Shown here in pieces: positions 39,895 through 52,350 of a DNA stretch of 64,000 nt. Location of the stretch: contig NC_135917.1 of the NCBI RefSeq assembly GCF_964194155.1, positions 8,556,001-8,620,000 of the forward strand, read 5' to 3'. This DNA is from Cetorhinus maximus (Eukaryota). Each line of letters opens with the position of its first letter. The stretch's first letter is position 1. The notes beneath the pieces are model-generated. The model was not told the DNA's origin. It was given only the letters and a program-made list of their open reading frames with translations, and did no database searches. The translations under genes were made by a program, and so were the position numbers.

Positions 39895-42800
39895 CCTGCA
39901 ACAATGTCTTCAATTATGTAGCCTCCAGGATGGGACAGTTCTGTCTAAATAAAAAATCAACAAATAAACTTTAAAAATAAAAACATGCAGGTAATAAACT
40001 AATGTGAATCACTAATATTTAGCACTGAATCTCACCGTTAAATACTTCCTTAATCTAACAATGAGAAAAAAAGATTCTTCTATATAGCACCTTATGAGGT
40101 CTTTCAAAAATGCCTCAAAGTGCTTTTGTATATATACTTTATACACATTATATATACACACTTTATATATGCATATATTATATGTGTGTGTATATATATA
40201 TATAAAATATAGTGAAATGTGGACAAAAGGTGAGTTAAAATATTCAAAAAAACTTTTTAAATTTGACCAATTGTTCTTTTCTATAGCACCATAATATTGC
40301 AAAGCACACACAACGGCACAATAAAATGTTCCAACACACAGGGGAAATAGAGTGAGTAGCCCAATAATGTTCTAATCATTTTTGTCTCCATAAGATACTA
40401 AATTCATAGAGGCATCATTATAATGCATTAATATGCACTGAAAACACTGCAAAAATCATTTTATTCTTTACAAATTCTTATTACTCTTAAATGTTTCCTT
40501 AATAGGTGTGGCCATTTGACATTTAAAGGTCTTCAGACTAACATTTTGTTGTCTCTCCAAATGTAGTGTTAAATATTCGGGTTCTTTACAGATGTAAATA
40601 TTTGAGCGCAGTTAATTTTCAAACAAAACTCAACCATAACTGAGATTTCAGAGTCCCACTTCACAAAAAAGCAAGGAATCGCGTGAGCGGGTTACATAAT
40701 CTCAGAGGTTTTGGTTAGGGCTGGGCCCAGTCAGCTAAAAATATGCACAAGAGGCAGAATATTTCTGGAATAGGGGTGGCCTTGTTTTAAGAAAAGCAAA
40801 TTATTGTAAAACTTTAAATGTCAAAGTTCCTATTTAGATAGTGTGTACACTCTCCAACTATTGCAGTAAAAGGTAATGGTGGTTTCCAATGATTATGACA
40901 GCTGAAACTGGGATACACGCTTATCATAAGTTCAAATCTCTCAGAAGAGACATGATGTGATAGCATTTCAGACTTCTCCCATATTTAATTTCCCTTTGTA
41001 AATATACTATTTGTTGTTGCAATTTCAATCATCACATTATTAAGAGGAGAAACTCACAATTTAGATCTGGATTGTCAGTTTCAATATAGCAAACTATCAC
41101 TGGTGATTCAAAACTCAATTATTGATCTAATTATTTGCCCATTTGATTCCTTGTAATTTTAAAACAAGATGCGATGTGTAATTTTATCGACTAGATAGAC
41201 CAATTAAACAGTCCTGCGGTACATGGCACATTACATCCTGTCTCAACATGAAAAGTTAGCGCTACGTTCGTCAAATCCATGTTCCTTCTTAGACCAAAGG
41301 CCAAGGTACGCATCCAAAAGAAGCACATACTTCACACCCCCACATTGTCACCTATCCTAACTCAGACATTAGAACAAAGTTGAGACTCGACGAGTGAATG
41401 GCACCTTAACGCAGACCAATATTTTTTTTAAAATCTCACACACTATACAAATAAGCGCCAGATTAATCGTTGTTACAACACATGTCCACCACAAACGCCC
41501 TGCTCTCCCTGCGTTATCCGATCTCCCTGCTCCTCAGCATACGCTTTCAATTTGCTTTTTCACCCCACTCCCAACAACTGGAGGCATTCCGACTAAAATC
41601 AGGCGGGAGATAGCCGCAAGATGCTTGATTGTTAACCATGAACCTACCTTCTGAATCTCGTCTTATTTCATGTTAAGACACTGGACATTTTTTTGCAAAT
41701 CCTTTGCAGATCAATAAAGCATCGATTCCGGGTTATTTCTTTATTCCAATGTCTATTTCAGCTACATCAGCAGGAAGGCAAATCAATAATGAATGGAGAT
41801 CACGTGTCCAGAATAGAGGCTGCAAGCTGAAATTTAAAATGCAGTTTTTAATCGCTCAAATGATAATATATTGACGATAAAAACGCAGCGCGAAAAGCCT
41901 AATAAACCAATGCCAGGTGTCATAAATATGAGTGTTATTTTGGTACTATGTACAGTCACAAGGGTAATAGGATAGCGCGCTACATGCCGAAAAGGTGGAA
42001 GATACCCTATTCATTCTCAGCCAAAATAACCAGAATGCCTACTTAACAGAGCGTTATTTGCTCTGTGCTGTATTTAGTAACACCGAACCTTGTGCCACAT
42101 CTGATCGTTTATTTCGCTGTGCGGGTTTAATTTAAATTACTGTCTTGCGCGCGGTGGGGGGGGGGGGGGGGGAAGGGGGGCTACTATACAATAGGTTTAT
42201 AAGATGCACGATATTAATATCGTGCAAAACCACACCCAAATAGACTCCTGCAAGCAAACCATTTGCACAGGTGGGACTGGACTTTGAGCGGAGGCCATGT
42301 TCTTGAGGGGGAGTCGAACCACAGAACTGAGCGAGCGCTCCACATTTTTAGGAGTTAAATAAGGGCCCAAGCATTCCCCATCGCACAAAGTGCAGCATCC
42401 CCCTAAAAGGCTTATTTAAGAAACAAAAACAGTCGCTTTTAAAAGCATGAAAATATGTTAAGACACTTGGCAAGTATATTCTAAAGGGCCGTTCAGCCCA
42501 CGTGGGCACCAGGGATGGGTGATTTTTTTTTAAAGAGTCTTTAATGAGGGTGGGCAGCCAAAACGGAAACATGGTGATTTCCCATCTCAGGGAAACATCA
42601 CACGCTGATATTTCAGGGCCGAGAGAAATGAGGCTGAGGACAGGAGATTAGGCCAAGACTGGGCACTTGGCGCTGTTCTTTCAGCACCGCAAGTAGGTCT
42701 GTACACCCGAGGGGGAATTTCATGGGGTAACGTGTGTGTGAGAGACAGATCAGGAACTTCCAATGAGGGGCAAAAATATGTCGCTTTATACATTACATCG

Positions 42801-44742
42801 AACAAGATAAATGAACAATTTCAGGGCTGTGTGGGGAGACCACACATACAATGAATAACCGTATACAGCAGCGTCACTGGTTAGCCTCCCAGGCACTTTA
42901 ATACGGCGTCCAGACAAACGCAACGGATACAAAACGCAGCTCTTCGTTTTGGAGAGGAGGGGAGAGGAGAGGGGGGAATAGCCCATTGGCCTTGGCAAGC
43001 CCCACTTAAACTATTCGACAAGACTGCAAGACTTTGTTTTACTTCCTGGGCTGATCAAGAAAATCCATTGTTAAAAAAATAGCTTCAACAATATATTCCA
43101 GCAAATCACTCCTCGCAAATTCCTGGAAGGATAATGTTTTTTATTGGAGACTATAGGCAGGCTGGCAAAACACTTTCGGGGTGACGTTTTACTTGTTATC
43201 TGCAGCTAGCAACGTGGACCCAGGATGGCTAACTCCTGGGCCTTTTCATTGGTAGCAAAAAGAAAAAGATTCAAATCGAAAATAACATCTTGAGTTTATC
43301 AATGCGTCCCCAAACTTAGGAATCACTTCCCAACCATCCCCCATCATCACATCACACCGCTTGGGTTCAAAGCCACATTCTCAAGTCTCTCTGCAACACA
43401 CCTTACCTTACAATATGATCACTCCTTCCCCTGCAACTGGTTCTCCACACGTCCAAACCGTATAAAACCCCATTCTTTCCCCCCACCCGCCCCCCTATCA
43501 ATTCCACCCCCCCCCCCCCCCCCCTCTACAGCACCTATCGTGGTACTCTCGCTTATTTGCAACGTTTTCAGATTAGCAGCAAGCTACCTCACACAGTAAA
43601 CGCCAGTGTATACGGGGAATACAATGTGTGTAAATAATTCAGTTTAAAATATATAGGGTTAGGTTCATTGGATTTCAAGGAAGAGGGGTGGGGGGAGGGA
43701 AGAGGGGGGGGTGGAAAGCACTGCAGTATTCAGGCATCCGGTACCTTTCACGCCATATTCCTGAAAGAAATCCCAGCTTCACTCACCTCTGTCAAATCAG
43801 AGAATAACGCGTGTTTATATAATTTGGTGAGGGGGGGGGCGGGGGGGAGGTGGAAAAACTCCTGCAGACGATACAGACAGTATTAGATCCACCGGTATAA
43901 TCCACAGCACACCACACCCGCAATAACAGATCTCATTTAAACATCATCCAGGCAGCAACCCAGCTAGATTTGGTATAGGGGAGGGGGTGGGGAGTTTGGG
44001 GGTGGGGGGGGGGGGGGGGGGGGGCGGTGAAGAGTCGACGGTATACTCATACCACAAACCAGGCTTTGCCAAACCAAATACAACCAGAATACCTTTACAA
44101 TGTTCCGGCACTACATTCAATTTGACTTTCCAGCTGCGGTGACAGTGAATGCTTTCAACCGCATAGCCACGAGCACACATCTCAGATACCTTTCAAGAAC
44201 TTAAAAGCAGCCATACATTCATTTCCACCCCCTCCCCCAGTCCCCCCCCCCACCCCCACCTCAACCCTCTTACTGTGGAAAGTGTTCCGGGTCTCAATGA
44301 AATGATGCATTTAAAATTCAGTCCTTTAATGTGGGCAGGGGGGAGGGAGGGGGGGGGGAAGTAAAACGTTCTGTTAGTTCAGACCTGGATGATGTAGATT
44401 TGTCGACGTTTTTGGCTAATGGCTATGGAAGGGGGGGGAGGGGGGACTGTTTTGGCATTTAAATATCTAACATCTATGCAATTACTAGATTCCAAGCGAA
44501 ATCCGCGGTAAAGCAGGGAGAAGGGGAGGGGGATGGGGGGGGTGCTGTTGAGCCTGCTATTTAAGAGCCTGATCTGCAGTTTTGGGGAGCCCCAGCAGAC
44601 ACCCTACTCAGAAATGCAGACGATGTTCACAGCTGGAAAATTGCTCTGCGGCAACGGCTTTGCTGGGGCTAGAGCGGGGGGAAAGGGCCACTTCTTGCAG
44701 AAAAAGGCGCTGCAGCCGTAGGAAAAGCAGGAGTTCACTTAC

Positions 44743-44950
44743 ATTTTGTGCACTAACACAAATCCCGAAAGGCGTTGCTGTACTGCAGATGTGGAAAGGA
44801 TGCAGGAGAAACTGCGGTTGTCGCCATATTGGAGCGCTTCCTTCCCTGACCAGTGCGTGCCGTTACCTTGCATAATTGATGACTCTCAGCAGAATGTTAG
44901 GGATCATGTCCAAACAGTCGTTTTTTTCCTGAAGCGCCGGGGTTGGAATT
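44743..44950 (-). promoter_or_regulatory. Candidate SCN8A non-coding first exon and promoter (exon 1c-like)
   Basis: Repeat-free, CpG-richer region. POU6F1/Brn5-like GCATAATTGAT at 44870-44880, YY1 consensus CGCCATATT at 44822-44830, donor AAT|GTAAGTG at 44742 (alternative AAG|GTAACG at 44866). 5' end undefined. Confidence 0.6.
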
Positions 44951-45229
44951 CAGGTCTGCCACTGGAGCTTGCAGGAGCCACGGTGGCTTATCTGTCCACC
45001 TCGTCTCTATTTCTATCCTTACTTGGTAGCAAATGCTTCCCCCTGTCAAAATCTGAAGATGCCTGGCGTGCAACAGCCTCCCTTTAGGACCAAGGGAGAC
45101 TAGAACGAACCAAACTTTTCTAGTGTTGCTGGGGGTTCTGTGCAACCTATGTGAAATGCACGAACTCACATGGGAAATGTAACATACATGTGATCTGACA
45201 ATTTATCAATCCAGCAAGTTACCCTCCTC

Positions 45230-45600
45230 CTTCAGGAGGCCCCACACCCCCTAACAGGGCATTGGTGACCATGGACTTCCATTGGATCAGTCCATGATTA
45301 TGCTTGGCAAAGTACTGCAGTGGTTTGCCATTGCCTCCTGCAGGATGGCTGACCAGGAAACACTCCTACTTTTACCTTGCCACCAGGTGTATTGATCAAC
45401 CTGTTTGGCCACATTATGAATGCACCTTCCATGGCCATTAAGTCCTGGGCTGGGATTTTCCAGACCTGTCATGGGCAGGACAGTGCCCCAGCCAAAAGTC
45501 CATTGACTTGTGGCAGGACCGGAAAATCCCACCCCTGGAGTAGGACTTGAACCCAGAGCTTCTGGCCCAGAGGTAGGAACACTACCACTACACCACAAGA
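45230..45600 (-). mobile_element. tRNA-headed SINE with RTE-like body, interrupted by an 87-bp MITE
   Basis: Box A TGGTGTAGTGG, box B GGTTCAAGTCC, RTE-type GGCAATGGCAAACCACTGCAGTACTTTGCC. MITE 45448-45534 has TIR GGCTGGGATTTTCC/GGAAAATCCCACCC and TSD CTG. Confidence 0.75.
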
Positions 45601-45889
45601 CTTCCCTACATAGAACTCTATGGAAGTAAAATAACAGCCTATTGCTAGTTCTTACTGAGTCATGGTTCTTTGAACACCACTTCTCCATGTCCTATATGTT
45701 GATTTTATGATGTGTGACCATTAATGAAATAAGTAATGATCTTTCAATGCACATACTTAAACTAATTTCCATTCATATTTGTTTTTTCTTTAACTGTTTC
45801 AATCGAAAACACACATCAGGTCTGTCAGCATCTGGGAACCAAAAAAATACCATGACATTTCCTATGGCTTTGCTCAGAGTAGATCAGAT

Positions 45890-46560
45890 TAACATCAACA
45901 TCCTGGGGGGTTACCATTGACCAGAAATTGAACTGGACCAGCCATATAAATACTGTGGCTACAAGAGCAGGTCAGAGGCTGGGAATTCTGCGACGAGTAA
46001 CTCACCTCCTGACTCCCCAAAGCCTGTCTGCCATCTACAAGACACAAGTCAGGAGTGTGACGGAACACTCTCCACTTGCCTGGATAAGTGCAACTCCTAC
46101 AACACTCAAAAAATTCAACACCATCCAGGACTAAGCAGCCCGCTTGATTAGCACCCCATCCACCACCTTAAACATTCACCCCCTCTACCACCAATGCACA
46201 GTGGCAGCAGTGTGTACCATCTACATGATGCAGGCTCACCAAGGCTCCTTTGACAGCACCTTCCAAATCTGCGACCCGTAGCACCCAGAAGGACAAGGGC
46301 AGCAAATAGATGGGAACACCGCCCCCTGGAAGTTCCCCTCCAAGTCACTCACCATCCTGACTTGGAAATATATCGCCGTTCCTTCACTGTCGCTGGGTCA
46401 AAATCCTGGAACTCCCTCCCTAACAGCACTGTGGGTGTACCTACACCATATGGACTGCAGCGGTTCAAGAAGGCAGCTCACCACCACCTTCTCAAGGGCA
46501 ATTAGGAATGGGCAATAAATGCTGGCCCAGCCAGTGATGCCCGCATTCCATGAAGAAATA
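45890..46560 (+). mobile_element. HER1-like LINE 3' portion
   Basis: LNWTSHINTVATRAGQRLGILRRVTHLLTPQSLSAIYKTQVRS motif and the HE1-shared tail. Confidence 0.88.
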
Positions 46561-48736
46561 AAGAAAAGGTTATTTTTTAATGAATGGAGTATTATACCAT
46601 GTATTGCACGATACATTATTCTGTTGCTCAGATGGAGCTTTGTTTAATGTGGCCTGCCCCTTTAAGATAACAAAGTTGAATTATTGTAAATAGCAACATC
46701 ATGAGGTTAAGTGCTGTGTGTGACTGCAGATCCTTGTAAATCTCAGGCTCCAGCTTAAAGAAGAGTGTGAAAACTTGCAGCTTGTTTTTCCTACAATGCT
46801 TCCTTATAATTTGAACTATAACAAGCTGAAAACTTAGATCTATTTATTATCAATCATTAAGCTTCCTTCTTCAGCTGCTGACTAGCCTGTTGTGTATTAC
46901 CTGCATTTTTTTTTTATTGCAATCTTCAGCAGTTAATAGTATTTCCTTTTATCTCTTGCTGTGTTTCACTATATGTACAGTCCATGTGTTATAGGTACAC
47001 CCATTTCTTTATACCTACATTGTAAGTTCCTCTTTTTCTATGCTGACTAATCGGCTGCTTATATCTCCATATACACCTTCCTTCCATTTATTTCTCTTCT
47101 TTTTGTTCCACTTCTCATTTTATCTTCATCGACCTTCCTTTTCAGTAAACTTTAGTTTTAACATCAAAGAAATGTACAGTGGAAGGAACCAGTGAAATGC
47201 ATCTGGGAGCTTTGGGATAAAAGGAGCTTGCATTAGTTTTATATGCATTTAACTTACCAAAATGGATGGACGTTGGAAAAGAAGCTGACACTGAAAGCTA
47301 CACAGAGAAGAGGATTGAAAAATTCAGAATGATAAACAGTAATGGCACTTCATGAGAGAGAGAGAGCAAGTGAGTATGGACAGGGTGAGATGCCGGGCAA
47401 TTGTTGAATAACAAGTGTGCAGGAATGTCAGAACTGAAGAGCACAGGCAGTGGGAAGATATGCAGGAAATAGTAAATTCACAGGACTTGAAGCAGGAAAA
47501 GCTGAGGCTTCAATTAAGCCTCCAGGCAATGATGACAAGTCTCTCAAGCAGTCTCATCATTTCATTATTCAGATGGATGCATGCAGGTTGATGTTATTAC
47601 CTTAGAATTAGAAAAGTTGCTCCAGCTACCACTATTGCCGTCCCACTTAGAATTTTATTCTTTATTTTGATCAAGTCAGAGAAAACTAAAACACCAAAAT
47701 TAAGACCAAAGTGCTGATTTTGCCAAAATATATTTTCGACCGATTTTTGACTTAATATAAAAGTTAACTGAAATGGTTTCAATTACTAAAGACTGGACTA
47801 GTTGAGCAGTGAATGTTTTCCACCTTCACATTTACTCTAATGCTTATGGAGTAAACTAAGGAGTTTAGATTAGCAGGACAGCATTTTTGAATGAATAACA
47901 TCTCTAAAAATGTAACAAATTTGTAGTTAAATCAGCTTACAGAGCAGCACAAAAACATTACAAGAGGAAAATAAGCGGTATATTTGTATTTTTTATATCT
48001 CAGCGTGCTATAGGAAGAGAAAAAAAGGGTGGAATTTTAATCTGCAAAGTGGGGGATAGGGGGCTGGATACCAGTGCATGCAGTGGGGTTAAAACGTCAA
48101 AAAATGCCGGTTTGGCAGAAACCCGACACGATCCCACTCATTTCCTCATCTAACATGGGAAACATACAGGAAGCCCTCGTGGGAATGGGGGCATTTAAAT
48201 AAGTACAAAAGAAGCTGAAAGCAGATTTAACACAGTATTCTGGCTAATTACCAGTGCACGGGTTTCCTGAGCTGTTTGAAACTCACCAGGGAAAACAAGA
48301 CGAGTGCAGAGTAGGGGTTCATGCCTCTTTTAAATTGACAAACTGGAAAACCTTTAAAAACCGAAACAGGACAGCTGTTTCCTTGCCTAGCTGAAAGGCT
48401 TTTGCTCACAGAATGAGTTCTGAGAGTGTGCTTTCATTGTTTTACAGGTGATTGCCATCATTTTGGAGGTCATTTCTGCTGTCTTGGATCTTCTCACCTT
48501 CATCTGCACTTGCCTGCTGTCAGCTTTCACTAAAGCGTGCAAGCAGTTTATGCAGCTCTGCCTTGCACCTCTGATGAGGAGCAAGAGGAGCAGCAGCACC
48601 AACATCACCAGCAGGAGCAGCAGAAGCAAAATCAAGAGCGGTGGCAGTTGCCTTCTCAGTCACATGATGCTCAACAAGACAGAGGGGATGGACAGACACC
48701 TCCAGCTCAAAGGAGGCAATACCCCGAACACAAGGT

Positions 48737-49277
48737 TCTTTTTTTATTATTCATTCAGGGGGTGTAGGTGTCATTGGCTAGGCCAGCATTTGTTGCCCAT
48801 CCCTAGTTGCCCTTGAGAAGGTGGTGGTGAGTTGCCTTCTTGAACCGCTGCAGTCCATGTGGTGTAGGTACACCCACAGTGCTGTTAGGGAGGGAGTTCC
48901 AGGATTTTGATCCAACGACAGTGAAGGAATGGCGATATATTTCTAAGTCAGGGCGGTGAGTGGCTTGGAGGGGAACTTGCAGGTGGTGGTATTCCCATGT
49001 GTCTGCTGCTCTTGTCCTTCTAGGTGGTAGTAGTCGTGGGTTTGGAAGATGCTGTCGAAGGAGCCTTGGCGAGTTGTTGCAGTGTAGATGGTACACACTG
49101 CTGCCACTGTGCATCGGTGGTGGAGGGAGTGAATGTTTGTGGATGGGGTGCTAATCAAGTAGGCTGCTTTGTCCTGGATGTTGTCAGGCTTTTTGAGTGT
49201 TGTTGGAGCTGTACTCATCCAGGCAAATGGAGAGTATTCCATCACATTCCTGACTTGTGCCTTGTAGATGGCAGACA
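48737..49277 (-). mobile_element. HER1-like LINE 3' fragment inserted in the Harbinger transposase
   Basis: Splits ...RRQYPEHKV|YRRRISY...; AGGT present at both junctions. Confidence 0.85.
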
Positions 49278-49714
49278 GGTATACAGACGAAGGATCAGCT
49301 ATTTCAATATGACTGAACATCAGTGCCTCAGGAAGCACAGACTTTCAAAGCAGGTCATCTCTGACAACTGCAAATTCCTGGAACAAGACCTCCTTCCAAG
49401 CAGGTCAGGCCAGCACCCATTGCCAGTGGCCGTCAATGTCGCCACAGCCCTGAATTTCTTCGCCTCTGGTTCCTTCCAGGGATCTGCTGGTGACAGGATT
49501 TCACAACCTGCTGCCCACACAAGTGCATGTGCCAGGTGACCAATTCCATGTGTGCCACATATGTCCATTTTGCTACACGTGATGCCAGTAGGAATGAGAG
49601 GGCTCTCATATTTGCTGCAGTACCTGAATTCCCACAGGTACACATGGGGCAATTGAGGCTGCCTGAGATCAGCTAGCAGTATTTGTCAATCATTAGGAAT
49701 TCCACTCCATTAAT

Positions 49715-49964
49715 TGTCATGTTATCATAATGATATAAAGGCACCAATCACTCATAAGGGATTGGGTGAACACATTGTGGGTTAATTTATTTAGACTAGG
49801 CACATAAGAACATTTATAGAAAGGTAGGAGGCTTGAAGATATCAGCAGCGGAGCTGTGTGTGTGTGCTCTGCTCAAAGGCAAAAGTGAAACTAAGACTGG
49901 ATCTCATGACACACTTCCCTTTAAGTGATGTCGAGCTGCTATCCCTTAAAGGCATATCACAACG
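49715..49964 (-). mobile_element. Short solo LTR (Gypsy-like) inside the transposase
   Basis: Minus strand (C/T)GTTGTGATATG...AATAAA...CATGACA; flanks TTAAT/TGAAT; interrupts FHSIN|V.LICDH. Confidence 0.65.
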
Positions 49965-50323
49965 TGAATGTTTAGCTGATTTGTGACCACCAGTTTCCCT
50001 GCAAGTCTGTACAAGATACCCTGGAGGCTGATATAATGCCTTCATAATGCAGCAATCACATCTCCTACAGGTCTTCATGCTTCCAAACAGAGTCAGCAGA
50101 TAGCTCCTTGTAGGTAAGGGCTACCCTCTAAGGCAGTGGTTGATGACAACTTTGAGGAGCCCTAACACTGATGCAGAAAAAAAGGTATAACTGGAGCTCC
50201 ATGAGCATAAGAAGAGACATAGGGCAAGCCATTGGGCTGCTGAAGATGCGATTCAGGTGCCTGGACAGATCCAGGGATGCCCTCTAGTATGTACCAGCAA
50301 GGACTTCCAGAATGATAATGGTA

Positions 50324-52350
50324 CCCGATCTGTCCCCCTTAATATCTAGAAAACTTTGATCAAATCATCCCTTAACCCTCTAAACCCCAGAGAATTCAAC
50401 CCTAGTTTGTGTAATCTCTCCTCATAATTTATCCCTTGGAGTCTGGGTATCATTCTGGTAAATCTAAACTGAACTCCCTTCAAGATCAGTATCTTGTTTG
50501 TAAGGTGTGGTGCTCAGACTGCTCACAGTGACTCCTGGGGACCCGGGTTCAAATCCCACCACAGCAGATGGTTAAATTCAAATTCGATAAAATCTGGAAT
50601 TAAAAGTCTGATGATGACCACAAAACCATTGCCGATTGTCATAACAACCCATCTGGTTCACTAATGGCCGAGAAGGAAGGAAATCTGCCATCCTTACCTG
50701 GTCTGGCCTACATATGACTCCAGACCCACAGCAATGTGGTTGACTCTTAAATGCCCTCTGAACAGGGCAATTAGGGATGGGCAATAAATGCTGGCCTAGC
50801 CAGTCTCCCCACATCCCAGAATGAATAAAAAAAAGGTGTGGTCTAGCCAGGGCTTTGTGTAGCTGAAGCTTGATTTTTACCCTCCCCTTGTATCCTGGTC
50901 ACCTGGATATAAAGGCCAACATTCCATTAACCTTTTTGGTTATTTTCTATATCTGTTTATGACATTTAATGATCTCTATACCTTGAACCCCAATCTCTTT
51001 GTTCCTCCACTGTTTCTAGCTTTTAACCATTTAGAACCCTGTTCTATCCCTTTCAGGTCCAAAGTGGATGACCTCACATTTGCTTACATTGAAGTCCATT
51101 TGCTGCCGTTTTGCTCATTCACTTAGTCTATCAATATCTCTTTTATGCTTCTATCTACACTGCTTACAATGCTGCCTATCTTTGTGTCAACAGTAAATGT
51201 GGATACTTTCTATCCCATCATCTAAGTCATTGACAAGCTCAATGAATAGTTAAGGCCCCAACAATAGATCCTGCGAGACAGTACCAGTCACATTCTGCCA
51301 ATTAAGGTACCTGCCCACTTTCCCAAATGCAAAAGGAAAATACTGCAGATGCTGGAAATCGAAAATAAAAACAGAAAATGCTGGAAATTCTCAGCACGTC
51401 AGGCAACAATTGTGGAGAGAGAAACAGAATTAAAGTTTCAGCTGAAAATTTTCAAGGTGTTCAGTCACCCCATCATTAATTATAGACTCTAGCACTTTCT
51501 CAACAATGGATGGTAGGCTAACTGGTCTATAATTCACCAATTTCCTTCTCTCACCTTTCTTAAATGGCGGAGCAACATGCACAATTTTCCAATTGTAAGG
51601 AACAGTTCCTGAATCAAGAGAGCTTTGGGAGATTATAGTAAGGGCACCTGCAATGTTCTCACCTACTTCCTTTAAACCCTGCAGTGGAAACCATCTGGTC
51701 CTGGGAGATTGTCACTTTGTCACTCTCAGTGCCATTATTTTCTTCAAAACTGTTACCTTGCTTGCATTAATTTTGGTGAGTCCCTGACCCTGTTTCAATC
51801 TTAGTTTTCCTTGGGGTGCCTGGTATGCTGACCTCCTCCTCTATTGTCGATATCAGCTTTGTGACCCTTTGTTGTTCTTTATATCTTTCCCACTCGCCAG
51901 GTTCTGTGCTATTTTTTGCATTTTTGTATACTTTTCCTTTTCGTTCTATGTTGCCTTTTACCTCCAGTTGCCCATGGCTTTCTTTTTTTGGCAGGTAAAG
52001 TTCTTACCCCTTAGGGGTATAAAACTGGTGCTGTATCACAAATCATTTTTGAACACCTTCCACTGATTTTTCAGTCATTTTATCAATTAACAGATTTTCC
52101 TACTTTACTGCGGACACTCTCGGTCTCATCCCATTGAAGTCAGCCTTACCTAAATCTAGAATCTTAGTAGCTGTTTCACATTTCTCTCTTTCAAATACTA
52201 CAGTGAACTCGATCATATAATGATGGCTATTAGATAAATGTTCATGCACTGTAGGCTGTTAACTAAATCATTACTCATTACAAAGTCTAGTCTGGTATGC
52301 CTCCTTGTTGGCTCTAGGGCATATTTTTGCAGAAAACTATCCCAGACACA
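50324..52350 (-). mobile_element. CR1 LINE inside the Harbinger, itself hosting an HE1 SINE (50530-50833) and a Penelope repeat (51328-51445)
   Basis: Reverse-complement CR1 ORF2 remnants (EPTRRHTRLDFVMSN; gtcaacagtaaatgt; tcacatttgcttacattgaagtccatttg). Confidence 0.8.

Noticed and set aside
39887-39913. N-terminal extension MKTLLQDEK in the ORF track
   Set aside because: Starts at a TTG in the 5' UTR. The homologous initiator is the ATG at 39886 in strong Kozak context.
49024-49539. 171-aa ORF resembling HARBI1
   Set aside because: First half is antisense LINE. The transposase is broken by stops, frameshifts and insertions, so it is a TE fossil rather than domesticated HARBI1.
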